Below, piece by piece: positions 48,704 to 60,775 of a DNA stretch of 64,000 nucleotides; positions within the stretch are counted from its first letter, which is position 1; each line of letters begins with the position of its first letter. The stretch is from NCBI GenBank assembly GCA_977020255.1, contig CDROCS010002618.1:1-64000 (forward strand). The letters are read 5' to 3'. Source of the DNA: Obrimoposthia wandeli. Its lineage: Eukaryota. The notes beneath the pieces were generated by a model. The model had not been told where the DNA came from. It did not search any database and saw only the letters and a list, made by a program, of their open reading frames with translations. Made by a program: the position numbers and the translations under genes.

Positions 48704-49110
48704 TTAAACATAAAACAACATATTGGCTTCACTCAAAGTCCAGAGAGGCTGCATTTTCCCGTCATCAGCAAAATATCCATTCAGACGTATTGAGATATTC
48801 CATAGTTCTTCATCTAGAATTGGAGCAATCAAATATCCTAGATCATCTTTAAAATCCAGACTGGGATCAGTTTCAAGCTCGAAACAATTTCCTTCATATA
48901 CATAATCAGGAATGTAAAATCCACAAATATTTTTCAATTGATCAAAATCAGTTGTTGTTAAAATTTCGATGAGATATTTTTTCTCCACTTTTGATATTTT
49001 CACAGGATTCATAACTTGTATAATTTGATGCCTCTTTAATATATTACATAGTTTTCATTTAGAAATTCTTTCTGGATAATAAAAATTTGCTACACAACTC
49101 TTATCCATTC
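48704..49110 (-). CDS. Unknown protein, paralogue 2 of a tandem pair
   Basis: NPVKI..DFDQLKN..IPDY..NCF..FKDDLG..WNISIRLNGY..QPLW aligns with the neighbouring ORF. Confidence 0.6.
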
Positions 49111-49149
49111 TAAAATAAGGAAACTGATTAAAAGCAATGTTTATAAAAA

Positions 49150-49680
49150 AATACATATAAGAAACAAATAAGATACAAATAAAACTGATTATTAAATGAA
49201 AGAAACATAGTAAAACCGATTACAATTTATTACACGCAAAAAGATAAAACATAGAAATATGAACACGTTCAATTTTCCACATAGGCAACTTTGTTCCCAT
49301 TTTATCGTTCTTGTAACCATAAAGTCGAATTGTTAGAGTCCATTGCTTCTTTTTCGGAAATGCATCAATATCAACATATCTTCCATAGTCATCTAGAAAT
49401 GCTTCATCGGCTCCTCGGATATAAAATTCGTTCTTATTGAAAGTAAAATTTGGAACTGCCTTTTCTATTTTCTGTTTAAGATATTGAAAATCTGGTTTTG
49501 GATATTTGAGAGATAGTAGCTGAACTTTCTTCTTTCAATTGTCACAGGATTTACTAAAGCAATCAGTTGAGCCTTCTTCAAGAATCTGACTTTGTATTTG
49601 AAATATTGTTTCACTTCTTCATACATATCCTTATCCGATTCTTCAAACATTTCTTCGTCATCGCTTAATACCCGCCATTG
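49150..49680 (-). pseudogene. Unknown protein, paralogue 1 of a tandem pair (frameshift near 49525)
   Basis: NPVTI..[fs]..DFQYLKQ..VPNF..NEF..FLDDYG..WTLTIRLYGY..LPMWKIERV. Confidence 0.6.
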
Positions 49681-49807
49681 GAGAACAAATCACAGTAAAT
49701 GCATTCATATCAAAGACAATTATCAACAATGGACGATGGTGATTTGTCCATCGTTGATAATTGTCTTTGATATGAATGCATTTACTGTGATTTGTCCTCC
49801 AATGGCG
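49673..49807. repeat. Long hairpin: 62-bp arms with 2 mismatches and an 11-nt loop
   Basis: Arms 49673-49734 and 49746-49807, checked base by base. Confidence 0.95.
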
Positions 49808-50030
49808 CATTCTTTTATACTAATTTATAACAAAGACATGAATCTCATTGGTTAATATAACTAAAGCATTGAATTTGATTGGACTAAATCTATATTAAAA
49901 ATCAAAATTGATTGGAAGAAATATATCATCCAATTATAATAGGTTTGCAAGATAATTACAAGAAACGTGCAATAAAAAAGCAGGTTCAGACATATATAAA
50001 GAAGATTTTACAGAATACAATTTCAGTCTA

Positions 50031-50533
50031 ATGAAACTCGTAAATATAAATTATAAAGGTAGAACAGAAGATGATGTTTCGTACTTACCATTCAATGAAT
50101 GGAAGCCGAGACAATATATGTAGAAAAAATTTGACAATTTCACAGTTGTTATTTTTCCTACAGGTTAGTTTTTTATTTTATTTTCATATTGAATTCTTTA
50201 GGAAATTGTCGTGTTATGGGATGTAAAATACCAATGCTTGGGTTCAATTTACCATTTGGAATTCAAATCACTGCAATACAATCAATCAAGATTTCGGCTA
50301 ATCTCGGGAAACAGATAAATCTTTTTAAAACTGCAGAGAAAATGAAAGAAGAATGCATGTTTGAACCAGAAATTTTTCCTGCTCTCAGTTATTTGAAGTT
50401 TAAACCGCTATGTGTAAATATATTTTCCAGTGGTAAAGTTATGATATTGGGATTGAAAAATTTTGATTATCTAAACATTGTTGATTTGATTTTAGAAAAT
50501 ATATCTTATTACATCTTGTTATCTTTTCTATAA
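50031..50533 (+). pseudogene. TBP: Second, divergent TBP-like gene, 2 exons (38-nt intron 50164-50201), in-frame TAG at 50121
   Basis: MKLVNINYKG..WKPRQYM*KKFDNFTVVIFPTG|NCRVMGCK..FEPEIFPALSYLKFKPLCVNIFSSGKVMILGLK; TATATAAAG about 35 nt upstream of the ATG. Confidence 0.85.
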
Positions 50534-50561
50534 ACAAACCCGTTTAAAGTTATTGTTTTGA

Positions 50562-50745
50562 ATGAATAATACTATAAATAGAGACAATGAAATGGATCGG
50601 CTTGCCGATGAAATTTTTTCTGGAAAAATTAGGGGTAAAGAAATTTTATCAGAATTAAAAAATAATGATATAACAAGAGATAACATTGAAATATTGGTTA
50701 GATCACACGTTATTCGAGAATTTAGAAATCGTACACAAATAAATA
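50562..50745 (+). CDS. Small unknown ORF running into the ATPase remnant
   Basis: ORF 50562..50798; its last residues (KIYWHHG) belong to the ATPase alignment. Confidence 0.35.
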
Positions 50746-51260
50746 AAATTTATTGGCATCATGGTGGAGGAGGGGAAAGCGGGTTAAACAAAACATAAGT
50801 TTGCAAGTTGAAGGGAATACAATTTATTGAAGGATTTGATGCAAATTTGTGTGAAAGATTGAAAAAAGAAGATGTAATAATAATTGATGATTTGTAACAG
50901 GAAGCTAACAAGGAATCGGACTTTAATAATTTATTTACGAAGATTGCAAGACATCGTGAAGTAACAGTTATATTTATCACTCAAAATCATTTTCACCAAT
51001 GAGGTCACCATAGAACAAGAAATTTTCATGTACATTACTTAGTTTTATTTAAAAATCCTAGAGATCAAACAGTTGTTGATTTCGTGGCCAGACATGCGTT
51101 TCCCCAAAATAAGAACTTTCTAGTTGATTCATTTCATGATGCTGTTAAACAAGCACATGGGTATATATTTATTGACTTTGCAAAAGCTTACCCAGGTGAT
51201 TTACGTGTTTTAACAGACATATTTAATTCTAAGGGAGTAACTGTTTATAAACAAATATAG
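50745..51260 (+). pseudogene. Maverick DNA-packaging ATPase (FtsK-like), Walker B and C-terminal part
   Basis: IIIDDL*QEA..LFTKIARHREVTVIFITQN..RNFHVHYLVLFKNPRD..AHGYIFID; Walker A not found; internal stops. Confidence 0.82.
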
Positions 51261-51548
51261 AACAATTATAAAAGATAAATTTACAAGTGGTGCGTTAAAC
51301 TACCATCCAGAAATCTGCAGATCATAGTTAACAGAACCTTAGCTCGTCAGTTAGAGGTCACCATAGAACAAGAAATTTTCATGTAATTACTTTTTTATGA
51401 GATTTCCATAAAATAAGAACAGTTGAATTTCATGATGCTGTTAGCACATGGATCTTTGCAAAGCTTTGATTTACGTGTTTTTATTTAATTCTCTGTTTAT
51501 AAACAAATATAGAACAATTATAAAAGAAGGCTTCGAAGAACTTTTTAA

Positions 51549-51859
51549 ATGAAGAAAATTACCCTATTTTAAAGCTTTGGTTAAAGCCTCTTCTCATAAG
51601 AGAATGATTATTCTTAAAACATTTCCATCCTTTGTTGTAGATGATTTATTGGAAGTTTTGTATAATATAGTTTTGGGTCGAGTAAAAGTTGGAAAACGGA
51701 AAAATGTATTAAAGAAATATAGAAAAACTCTTCTAGATATTGCTAATGTAAAAATGGAAACGAAATATTATTCTTAAACAGAATGGTGGTTTCATAGGGG
51801 CTGTTATTCCAGTGGTTGCTTCAATTATCAGTAGTATATTAGCTGCTACACGATCATAA
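51549..51859 (+). pseudogene. Small basic Maverick core-like protein ending in a QxGGF hydrophobic motif
   Basis: ..ILKALVKASSHKR..LLEVLYNIVLG..LKKYRK..ILKQNGGFIGAVIPVVASIISSIL*, with frameshifts. Confidence 0.65.
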
Positions 51860-51949
51860 ACAATTATTTCTAAAATCAGCTAAAGATATGGGTGCTAACT
51901 CTTCTTTACCTAAATTTATTTTTTTTTCTATTCAAATTGTTGTAATGTA

Positions 51950-52800
51950 GAAGATATGATTCAATCCAAAAGATCCAATTGGCTACACAGGAGTTTCAAA
52001 ATTAGCAAAAAGAACAAAACAGAATTACAAGAAAACGCAGAAATGGCTGAGCGACCAGTTAGCCTACAGTCTGAACAAGCCGATGAGAAGAAGGTTTCCA
52101 ACTAGAGCTTACAAAACCAGCGGTCCTATTAATTTATGGCAAATGGATTTGATGGAGATGATCCCATATTCTTCCATTTTTATGGGATATCGATATATTT
52201 TAACATGTATTGATGTATTTAGCAGGTTTGCTCGTGCAATTCCAGTTAATGCAAAGTCTTCAATAGCTATGCTTGAAGCCATTAAAGAAATATTAAAAGA
52301 GGACATTCCACAAAATGTGCAAACTGATTTAGGAAAAGAATTTTATAATAAGCAAGTTCAATCATTATTTAAACAAAATAATATAAATCTCTACTTTGTG
52401 TTTTCACAATACAAAGCAGCAGTAGTAGAAAGATTTAATCGTACTCTAAGAGATCGAATAAAAAAGTATTTCACAAAAGAAGGAAATAAAAAAATGGGTC
52501 CAAGTTTTACCTAAAATAATACCTGCATATAATCACTCTGAACATAGAGGTCTCAAGGGAATGAGACCTGGTGATGTTACTAATAAAAACTCTATGGATA
52601 TTTGGATGACAGGAATAAAAAAGAAAATATTAAAAAAGCTAAATATAAGAAAAACGAATATGTTCGAATTTCGAAAATGAGCTCTACTCCATTTATTAAA
52701 AACTTTGATCAGAATTGGAGCGATGAAATATTTTGTATAAGTAAAATTGATCAAAAGAGTAATCCAATAATGTATACTTTTAAAGATGCTAACAATAATA
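51950..52800 (+). mobile_element. Maverick rve (DDE) integrase, frameshifted and truncated at the PolB junction
   Basis: NPKDPIGYTG..WLSDQLAYSLNKPMRRRF..LWQMDL..CIDVFSRF..QTDLGKEFYN..KAAVVERFNRTL; C-terminal YVRIS..NWSDEIF. Confidence 0.92.
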
Positions 52801-54758
52801 TAGTGTATAGTGTATTGTCATCAGGATTTAGTGAACATAATGTCAGATGTTTGCTGTAAGAGAGCTCGGATCGGAACCCATGCAAACATCTATGACACCA
52901 CTTACATCTTATCCTAACCGGTAAGGCTCCATTATCTAAATTTAGAAGACGATCTAAACTGGGAATTGCAGCATAATGGAATTTTTTATTCTGTTCGAGC
53001 AAAATTAAGTTGACCTGAGTGCCCTCATTTTTGCTCCTTTAAATTACATCTACAAAAGGACTTTTAAAAATTCCTTCATCTGTTACATTAACTGGGATAT
53101 CAGTATTATATTTGAATACATTAATACTCAAGTTATTAAGATGTTCAAATCTTGATATCGCAGTTAATTTAACAGGAATATCTATTCCATGATACTGCAA
53201 TTCATTTAAAAAAGGGGTATATTTACTGACACGCTCTCTGTGCTCAGTAATTACATCCCTTTTGAGGATGGCCAACACGCTATACAGAAAGCAAAGGTTA
53301 TCACTGTTTTGTATGTTAACAATGGAACGTGAAAGTTGAAGAGATCTAGGTGAAGGAATGTATGAATTCCTCGAAAGATACATCATGTCAGTGAACTTTG
53401 TAAGAACAAAGCTAACATTGTGAATTCTAACTAGAGTCTATCCACTACTTAACTCGCTATAATTAGCAATTTTTTCATCTAGTTTTCCTCCAATTTCAGT
53501 TACAAAATTATCATAGAAAACAGTTGCTTTATGTGAAATTACCCAAGTTTTAGTCTCCTCATTGACATTTTTAAACTGCACTGTTGCGTAAAATTGAACC
53601 TTAGCCTGTCCTAATTTAGTCACTTCTGATTTTAAAAGATTTTCAATATTTGAATCTACACCTACGTATAATAAAATTTCATTTCCTAATGGCACCTTAA
53701 CTATAACATATTTATTATTTAGGTGATACTCTATAGTAGCTCTACGTTTTTTTGGTGGGACTTTATTAAGAAATTGGCCCCGCCTCTTTCTTCCTACCGT
53801 CGCTGACAAACCTACCCCTAATGGAACGAGAAGACAACTATTTATATTAATCAAATTTATTTATATTAATTATCGATGCTGCTGATGTTGAGGCAATCGC
53901 AGCTGATGTGGAAGAGGTTGCTTTAATAGGTGCTGCCGATGTTGATGCAATCGCAGCTGGTGTGGAAGTTGATGCTGAGGCAACTTATATTGGTGCCGCA
54001 GATGATGTTGTGATAGCACTTGTAAAGGCAGGAGCCCCTCGATCATCAGTAGCTGATGTCATTGAAGTTCTTGAAGCGACTGTTGTGGACGCCGATGATG
54101 CTGCTGAAATAAATATATTAAAAAATAAATATGTTTTTTTTAATTATTACCTCTAAGGCTTGCAATTATCGATGTAGGCACTCACGATGGGGGAGGCATA
54201 GCTGTCGTAGCGGATGACGGCTGTATCAAGGTATTCCTGAATAAATAATAAAAATAAAATATATATACAATTTTAAAAAATAATCAGAAAAATAATAATA
54301 AAAAAGTACCTAATGAAGGCAATCCAACTGTAACTGGTTGGAAGTCCTCTTCATTGATGGAATCCATCCAGCTGTCGTCCGTTAACTCGACGAAATCGGA
54401 ATCCTCGGTGGTCTCCAACCAGCTGTTGTCGCTCCACTGCTCCATCTCAAAATCTTCTTGGGAGATGTCGTTCATCCACTCATTGTTAGTCATTTGAGTG
54501 GGTGAGGCAGAATCAGGAGCCGGGAGACCAATTGCAGTAAACGGGTTGAACGACTGCAACTGGAATTGGAGCAGGAGCGGCCTGTGAATCGCGCACCAAT
54601 TGCATGACAGCCCTCTTCTTGTTGTTGACCGTGAAACAGGATAGGTGATCTCTATATTCATCGAAGAAGTCTCAAAACTCCTTCTCCTCCATTGTTTTGC
54701 AGAATGGGCAGACGAAGAATTGAAGCTCATGAGACTTTGTCCAATAGTAGGCGGACAT
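52800..54758 (-). mobile_element. polB: Maverick PolB N-terminal half with zinc finger, acidic repeats and two introns (54237-54309, 54104-54150)
   Basis: ATG 54758: MSAYYWTKSHELQFFVCPFC..DHLSC..VRDSQ, W-x3-I-x3-DF repeats, S/T/A linker, then GRKRRGQFLNK..SELSSG..CFLYSVLA..CKWCHRC; several lesions. Confidence 0.88.
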
Positions 54759-57700
54759 TATCTCCATACAGGACTTTCCTCCATGCGGAGCCGAACCACC
54801 ACAATATGCTGGAAACAGGATACATTAGGCCGGGTCGAAACCTATCTTTTTTTCAGTTTTTCCAATTCCACACTATGCATGGGGTGCAGAAGGATTATGC
54901 AGACATCATACATAAAATTTAATGATATGCGACCCCCCTACCCCTAGCATACATCCATTTTATAAAGAAAATCAATTTTCTAATTTGTTTAAATAATATT
55001 TTATTTATTTTTATTTGGTTTTCTAGTTTTTTAGACATTTTGTTTATTAAAAATATATTAAAAGGTAAATTATATTTATTTTTCATTAATTTCATCTATT
55101 TTCAGATTAACTAAATTATATAAGATCATAAATACTACAGAAATATAATTATGGCAACAAGAAGCAAAACTCAGAATTCAACATGCTTGTATAAGAATAA
55201 ATGTAGTACTTGTTACTATTGATTACATAAAGATGCAAGTATTTGCAATATAGATGCAGTACGTGACTGTCTTTGTTAGATAGATATAGGAACGTTTAAA
55301 CATGATTATCAAATTATATAATACTTTATTTTATAAGTAGATAATTTAATTTAAATAAATTATAAAACACACACACGATATGTATTTTGGTGAATTGGTG
55401 TTAATACTACCTTTAGATAAAAAGATATATAGTTTTAAAGTATGTTACTAAAAATAGAATCTTTTTTTGACCTCACCGTGATCTTAAAGTACATTGTCCT
55501 CATGACGTCATGACCTTAACTTGACCTCAAAGTACATTGTCTTCATGACGTCATGACCTTAACTTGACCTTAACTTGCCTTGACCTCATGAGGTCATGAC
55601 CTACATCTTGTCCTCACCGTGACCTTAACTTGGCCTCATGAGGTCATGACCTATATTTTTCCCATGACCTCATGAGGTCATGACCTACATCTTTACCTCA
55701 CCGTGACCTCAACTTGACCTTAAAAATTTTGTCCTCAACTGGACCTGAGCTTGTCCTCAGGGGGGGGCTTTGTTCCAGAAGTCACACTTCTACCTACTTT
55801 CTATATTACTTTTCACAAATAATATAATTAATTTGAGAAATTCAGAAGTGTCAAGGAAGTGATTATTTAGTCAAAGGAGTTTTGGCAATTGTCATTTCAT
55901 GATTCATAAGGTAATAGTACACATCTAGTGAAGGACTGATGGAAGAACGATGGTATTGGGTTAATATTACTTGTAAAATTCTGTCAATAATTAACTAATA
56001 AAAAATATTTTAGAAATATTTTTATGTGGAATCTTTTTTGATGTTTCTTAAAATCAATGTCTATGGACGTTTCTTAGATTTTTCCACATGTGTTCACAGA
56101 TTATGAAATACTGATAGTAAAGAACATGCATTAATAAGTCGGGTCCAGTTAAATGACTGAGATAGGGATTTGAATCTCTCTAAACAGCAAGCTGAAATAT
56201 TTGACCCACGTTTTCAACAGTGGGATCTATTAATAACCAACACAATAATTGTATGGATTTGTAACAGATCGTAGCTAATACTGAATTGATTCATATAAAT
56301 ATAAAATCGTTTTTGTGTATAAGACTGTTCTGATCATGTCGATATCGCAAAATTCAGATGAGATGGAATTTCTGTAATAAAGTGACACATTTTGAATATA
56401 ATTAGGATATTTCATTAAAGGGAAAATATAAGGTCATTATTTATTTCGTATTGTGATGGGGAAGGAGGAGCAGGGCTTTCAAATCAAAGTTGGGATTTGT
56501 CTGTACGGGGCTGCATTTTGGTGACAATTTGGTTGCTTCATGTGGTGACACGATGGAGGAGAGGTGAATGTGTGAGTCGTCTTCTAAAGTATCAGTGGAG
56601 TGCAAATGTGTATGTCAATATGTCAGTGTTATGAGCACTCGCGTGTGTGAAAGGCTCTACCATCTATGATGGTCATGTCTTTACCAACCCCCTCCCAACA
56701 CGACAACAACTGCATGATTGTGCTGCGCGTGCGCATGTGTTTACTTTATAAATTCGTCAATATGTTGATGGTGTAGTGCAGAGTCACTGTGCTGCATAGG
56801 GTCACCTGTAGATCTGATGGATCGACTTTGGCCTCAGCTGCGCTATTTTCGGAAATGCAATCGACAATTAGACATATTTGCAATTTCAGATATTCAGTAT
56901 GTGCTAGGACCGCAAACCAGCCAGTCCAGCTCGCTCTGTCGACGTGAGAGAAACATGATCTACAGCGTGTTATTTCACGGGCGCGTGCCGCACATACACC
57001 GTGGCACCACACAGTTGCAGGCTGTCGTTTGGAACACCGACAGAAGGAACTTCTCCCACTCTAAATAACCAAGCAATTTGAAATCCATGCAATTGAAACA
57101 ATTCAAAATTATAAAACCGTTTCTTCAATTTTAAACTTTCACACTAAATAAGTAAATAATGTTAAAAGTATTTGGAATTTATTAAATAATTGTTTAACAA
57201 ATCTAAAATTAAAAATATTGTAAGATAACAATTTTAAATACAACGAATTTTGATAGTAAAATAATTAATTTTAGAAAAGTTTATTTAGGTCTTCGGTCCA
57301 GAGTTATTTCAATTTTTATGGAAGCATCTGGTTCGTGAATTCCTGACTGCATAGGACTTGTGTGGAATAGGGTGGGCACTTAAAACACCTAAATATATTC
57401 TAATCAAATTGAAGTTAATAATATGTCGACTAAGATGGGTAATTAATTAATACACAATTAAAAATACAGAACTCTAACATTAGTTATGAGTAGAGATATG
57501 AGGGGGTTCTAGAACACTACCACTACCATGATTTTACTTGCCTAAATTCTAATTCCAAATGTCTGCTTATTCTGTGAGTCTATGACTTCTAGAAATTACG
57601 TGCTTGCAGTTAAACGTAGGGCTAGTCTGAATCGTCTACGGTCAACCTCTTTCAACAATGCAATGTTAATCAAAACAAAAAATGTATTACAAAAAAATAC

Positions 57701-59912
57701 ATTGTTTGACTAGACTGGGTCATAACACTTCTATGCCAGTTTATGATTTTTAGCGTTTTACAATGTTCCAAGATTAATAAAATTGTTGGGGTTTCTATAT
57801 GAAACTCTGTGTTCTAATATAGATCCTCTGACTTTGGAGGGCCCCAACGTGAGTTCTATAGAAGCAGGACTTAAGGATGGTTGTGGCCTACTTAATGTTG
57901 TGCTTGCCTGTCTCAATTCTTATCTGAAGGTTTTTTGTTGTGTCGTAATCTGAAGAGTTTAGAACAATGCTTTCTAGTTGTAGGAAATCGTTTATTATTA
58001 AACACACTAGACTAACACGAATCAATACGTTTACGTACGTATTTCTAAAAAGTTACAGTAAAATTCCTAAGACTTCCGTCAGTCTCTACACAAGTGGGGA
58101 TGATCCACGTATCGATTTTAAGTTTATGTTTGTTCTAGTTACTAGAGTCTTTACTCTAAAATTAGGGATTGATTTTAGAGAGCTGTTGCTCTAAAAATAT
58201 GAGTAGTTTAGAGAGCTGGTGCTCTAAATTAGGGAATGAGCTTAGATAGATTTTAGGGTAGTTTACAGAGCTGGTGCTCTAAAATAGAAGTAGGTTACAG
58301 AGTTGTTGCTCTAAAAAAAGGGATGGAGTTCGGTAAAACTGTTGCTCTTAAAAATATGGCAATGTAAAATAGGGTAAGATACTTGTACTAATTTTATAGA
58401 GTGTTCACTCTGAAAATATGGCAATGTAATAACTCAGTTCGATTTATAGCTTAATTTCAATAATGACAATCACTTTAGCTTGATTTCAATAAAGATAATT
58501 ACTTTGGCTTTATTTCAATAACGACAATTACTTTAGCTTAATTTCAATAATGACAATAATGACAATCACTTGAGCTTAATTTCAATAACAACAATTATTT
58601 TAGCTTAATTTCAATAATTACAATTACTTTAGCTTAATTTCAATAATAACAATTATTTTAGTTTAATTTCAATAATGACAATAATGACAATCACTTGAGC
58701 TTAATTTCAATAATGACAATAATGACAATCACTTGAGCTGAATTTCAATAACAACAATTATTTTAGCTTAATTTCAATAATGACAATTACTTTAGCTTAA
58801 TTTCAATAATAACAATTATTTTAGTTTAATTTCAATAATGACAATAATGACAATCACTTGAGCTTAATTTCAATAATGACAATAATGACAATCACTTGAG
58901 CTGAATTTCAATAACAACAATCACTTTGGCTTAATTTCAATAACGACAATTACTTTAGCTTAATTTCAATAATAACAATTATTTTAGCTTAATTTCAATA
59001 ATGACAATAATGACAATCACTTGAGCTTAATTTCAATAATGACAATAGCAACAATCACTTTAGCTTAAATTCAATAACGACAATCACTTTAGCTTAATTT
59101 CAATAACGACAATTACTTTAGCTTAATTTCAATAACGACAATTTTCTTAATTTCAATAACGTTCCGCACGATTCTCACCGGTGGTTCTCCTTTGCGTGAC
59201 AAGCTAGACTCCTTGTCTCAGATTCGGGTCGCGGACTGCTTGCTCTGATTCGTGGTCCTTTGGAGTACGGTACGGATCAGTTGCTCGCTCGGCGCGATAT
59301 CCTTGTTTCTCCGAAAGCTTGTTTCCGGGAAAGGCAGCTGTCTCGATCTCTTTGAATTATCGGAGGGCTCTTTTTGATTTGCAATCAGCTGGAATTAGAA
59401 ATTAGCTTCTCCTCCTGGCGATCGACTCTAATATTTTTGTCGACAATTATTCTGTGATTTTCTGATATTTACCTTGTGCCACTAATCCAAGCGCTTCTCA
59501 CTTTTATACTCAATTTACTTTTCTCTAGTTCCTGCGACGTTTTTTAAATAAAGCACTTAAATTGAGAGTACTTACTTTTAGATATCTGATCGATCCGATA
59601 TTTGCTGTTAATAGACTCGCTGTATTTCCTAATTCTGAAGTAGAGTTAATGGATTAAAGCACTTAATTTGCTTACCGTGCCCTTAGTCCCTAATTCTTGT
59701 CTGGACACGAAGCGGCCCTTCTCTCTGCTTGTCGATAGTCTCTGAAAAGGAATTAAGTGCTTCTTCTTCCGTTTTCCAATTATTGGATTCTGTTTCAATT
59801 TTTCCTTACTTATATTACGAATATTCACTAACATGTATTATATACAACAAAATGAATGAGTGTTCAGAGAAGGAAAATAGCAGGGAAGGATGGAATGTTA
59901 AAAGTTTTTAAA

Positions 59913-60440
59913 TTAATTGTCGATGGTTAGGTCTATTGTCACAGCTTGCCGGTTCCGCTCCTCCAGGAACAACATAACCCGCTCCAAGGGTAATGTTGGG
60001 AAGACCGGAGTGTCTCCTATGTACATCCCCTGCTGCTGGAAGATATCCAGGTGTGGGCTTTGGCGGATTAATGGCTCTCTGGGACGGCTTTGCTCGTGGG
60101 TGCTGAACCACAGCCTTTGCGCATACTGCCATGAGTGGCTAGACCGCCACCTCTCTCGGATGTAGAGCTGTGTGTTGTGACGGCGCGCAAGGCACACGGG
60201 GCATTGGCAGTGCTCACCACCAATGCAACTGGTGGGTGAGTGGGTGCCCTTGGGTCGTCCACGGCACTGAAGCGCCCACTCGGAAAAGGGGGCGCGGTAC
60301 ATCGGACATGTGATGTGGCCGGGGGGTCGAGCCTTGGCCCACAAGTAGAGGCAGGACTCGTGAAATTTGTGCCGGCACCCGGCAGGAGTTGCCGAGGTAC
60401 CCCGGACACTGTTGAGGCACCCCGAGCATATCATCTGCAT
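59913..60440 (-). CDS. RING-H2 paralogue C with second Cys cluster and C-terminal SIM (open ORF, 175 aa)
   Basis: CSGC..CRHKFHESCLYLW..CPMY (last ligand C>Y), SCIGGEHCQCPVC, terminal VTIDLTIDN. Confidence 0.8.
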   Translation of the reverse strand: MQMICSGCLNSVRGTSATPAGCRHKFHESCLYLWAKARPPGHITCPMYRAPFSEWALQCRGRPKGTHSPTSCIGGEHCQCPVCLARRHNTQLYIRERWRSSHSWQYAQRLWFSTHEQSRPREPLIRQSPHLDIFQQQGMYIGDTPVFPTLPLERVMLFLEERNRQAVTIDLTIDN

Positions 60441-60775
60441 AATGGTGTGTTGGTTAATTTACTTCTCTATTTGGAGTTTATTTTATTTTAACTTAGAAAT
60501 TATCCTACCGAATTTTGTCATTTCTTTGGGCTTGTTTTTTATTAGGTATACAAATTGTCTTTTTGGAATTTTCAGTATAATAATTACAATTTCAAATACG
60601 CAACATACATAAAAATGGTAATGTCATTTTACAGTTTCACAAGATTATACAATTATGATTACAACTATGGTAGCTAATTTATCACGGTATGCGATACACA
60701 GGGTAGTTCATGATGTCATGTTTTAAGTCAGAAAGTTACCTTCGGTTACTGCTGGCTGTTGGGCTGGCCTGTGCG

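Noticed and set aside
53908-54156. Plus-strand Ala/Asp/Val-rich ORF
   Set aside because: Antisense shadow of the Ser/Thr/Ala linker exon of PolB.
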